A DNA stretch of 64,000 nt from Takakia lepidozioides (lineage: Eukaryota; Plantae; Bryophyta): NCBI GenBank assembly GCA_030704615.1, contig CM060734.1, forward strand, positions 61,876,001-61,940,000, given 5' to 3'. Of the stretch, positions 62,148-64,000 are shown one piece after another; positions within the stretch are counted from its first letter, which is position 1, and each line of letters starts with the position of its first letter. A program made the position numbers and the translations under genes. The notes under the pieces are model-generated. The model was not told the origin of the DNA and made no database searches. It saw nothing but the letters and a program-made list of their open reading frames with translations.

Positions 62148-63500
62148 TTAGCACTCCCGCAACTGAACGCGTCGTGCCTGCCCTTTCTTTACTTTCCTAG
62201 GTGGCATTTTTATGAACCTTGAGCGCAGGATGTTGTCAATAGCATCTTGTTGGATATTGGGCAGAAACCTTCTCCCCATTCGAGCTATGCTTGGAGAACT
62301 TGGGAACTCAGCCATAACATCACCCGTAATGTTTAGTACCCGAGGTCCCCTAGTATAACTGACAATCACCTTCCTAACACTGCATTTGTGCTTACTTCCC
62401 AGGGTGAATAGGGCTGACCATCTCACCTGGTAGTCCACCAAGCGTCGGACCTTCATGAAATTGTCACTGCAGCGGTAGTACCTGAGAAGCCCATGGGCTA
62501 GGGAAGAGAAGTAAGACACTATCGCTTCATCTGAAGAATTGAGCATCGAAGTCAGTGTGGTAGGACGAGCTTTAGTAGGCTGAAGTATACCTTTCTTTCG
62601 TAGTTTCTCTGTTATCACCTCCATTGGAGCCAGGATCTGCATTGGAAACCCCCCATACCTTCTTGTCTTTGCCACTGTAGAAGATTCTTTCTCATAATTT
62701 TTAATTTTACTTTGGGTCATTATCTCCTTTTCCAAGTACTTCTCTAGAAGCCTTGTCAAATGTCCATGGGCCTGCAGGATCTCTTTTGGAATTCCCATCC
62801 CAGCATAGTTCAGGAAGATCTCTTCCTCTGTCGCCAGGAGGCGCTCGACTGATTGCCTGGTTTCACCTTCCTCAATTTTTTCAAAAACAAAATTCCTACT
62901 GACCTCTTGTGCTTTTGCGAACATCACTTGTTCTGCTGCCTCCCAAGAAGTGAGGTCCTTCTTAGTTTTCTTGAGAGCCCAAGCCCATGCACGAAGGGTA
63001 AGGTCCTTCAGTTCAGTGTTCCAACTGTCTTTCCGTACCTGTGCCAATCTCTGAATCCGGGCCTTGCTTCGGCGGCGCTTTTCTAGCTCCTTGGAGTACC
63101 GTCTGGGCCATTTGCTTGCCAGGACGCCAGCTATCCTCATGCCCAGGAACAAAACTGATCCACTCTCTATGTGCACATGTGACGTCAGGCCTACGTCCAA
63201 GTGTAGCTCGGTTTTCAGAAACTGTGCAATCCTGCCTTGGATCTTCTCAACCACATCTCTTGAACCTGTGATACCAAGTAAAAAGTCTTCTCCATGGCGT
63301 ACATAATGCACCCTCACCAAGTCTCGGTTGTCCTCAATTTCAGGTAGCTGAAAATTCCTGCTATCGATATCGCCAACGCCCTTGAGCTGTTCAATCTGCC
63401 ATGTCAGCCTACCACCTGGTATTAGGCTGCCAACCCTCGACACCACGGGTGTGATGCCAAAATACAGCATGCCAAGCATTGTCGTGTAATCTTTTAAGGT
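62148..63500 (-). CDS. 3' portion of a nuclear-encoded group II intron maturase-like protein (degenerate RT plus domain X)
   Basis: HYVRHGEDFLLGITGS, FLKTELHL and VLFLGMRI; domain X ILAPM..KLRKKG...GLLRYYRCSDNF...SALFTLGSKHK. Upstream exons probably run off the window. Confidence 0.85.
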   Translation of the reverse strand, partial: TLKDYTTMLGMLYFGITPVVSRVGSLIPGGRLTWQIEQLKGVGDIDSRNFQLPEIEDNRDLVRVHYVRHGEDFLLGITGSRDVVEKIQGRIAQFLKTELHLDVGLTSHVHIESGSVLFLGMRIAGVLASKWPRRYSKELEKRRRSKARIQRLAQVRKDSWNTELKDLTLRAWAWALKKTKKDLTSWEAAEQVMFAKAQEVSRNFVFEKIEEGETRQSVERLLATEEEIFLNYAGMGIPKEILQAHGHLTRLLEKYLEKEIMTQSKIKNYEKESSTVAKTRRYGGFPMQILAPMEVITEKLRKKGILQPTKARPTTLTSMLNSSDEAIVSYFSSLAHGLLRYYRCSDNFMKVRRLVDYQVRWSALFTLGSKHKCSVRKVIVSYTRGPRVLNITGDVMAEFPSSPSIARMGRRFLPNIQQDAIDNILRSRFIKMPPRKVKKGQARRVQLREC

Positions 63501-64000
63501 GTCATCCAACTCGGGAATATTTATCAGAACAACATAGTGCAGGTTGCTTGGCCAATGTAGCATGCAGACCACACAACTTGGGCAGAGCCTTAAAATAGCC
63601 TGTACTGGTGCCGCAATAGAAAGGGAGAAAGAGAGCAAGACCATCCCTACCAAAGCCCCAAAGAGAAGCCCAACCAGCAGAAAGTCCATCTAGCTGAAGG
63701 GAGTTTTCAACAAAACCCCAAATCATGTGAATTTGTACAGAGTCACTTAGAGAAGGAGCCAGCAACAAACCATGGAAAAGCTGTCATTTGACAACTGGAT
63801 CATACTTGCGTGATCACTGGCGTCCAAGGCTTTGCTGTTTTGCTTCAACCCCAGTTTCTCATCTGTGACCTGTAACAACAACCTTGAGGTATTACAGCCT
63901 TACTGAGTACAAGAATAGGACACTTTGCAAACAGATCACTCTGGTTTTCCCATATTGCAACAAAAGTTGTTTACGACCGACAATAAGCCAAACTCCAAAT

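Overview
Eukaryotic nuclear DNA, most likely a non-seed land plant such as a bryophyte. This is inferred from spliced GT-AG genes, a PLS/DYW PPR gene, an HCF107-like gene, a cyanobacterial-type LptF/G gene and the transposon families. The left ~35 kb is a nested transposon cluster that can be peeled apart by target-site duplications (TSDs). A P-element-like transposase is split by a CACTA-ended insert, and its two halves are now inverted relative to each other. That insert contains a hAT-like non-autonomous element, which contains a giant MULE-like element (8997-33322, 9-bp TSD TAGATTAAG, degenerate termini). The MULE in turn hosts a complete Ty3/Gypsy LTR retrotransposon (19215-29440, TSD ATCAG) and a 1-kb palindrome-rich insert. 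The main finding is the MULE cargo. It carries a spliced, now pseudogenised gene fusing a ParB-like N-terminal domain to a beta-class amino (N6A/N4C) DNA-methyltransferase domain. The gene starts immediately beside a 25-unit, 116-bp tandem array in which each unit carries a 16-bp-arm palindrome. This suggests a transposon-borne ParB/parS-like plus DNA-modification module. The right ~25 kb holds host genes: a COMT-like O-methyltransferase, a DYW-PPR pseudogene, an LptF/G-like permease head-to-head with an HCF107-like gene, and the 3' part of a nuclear group II intron maturase. Several MITEs lie here too, including piggyBac-like ones. All calls come from reading motifs by eye; no database searches were run.
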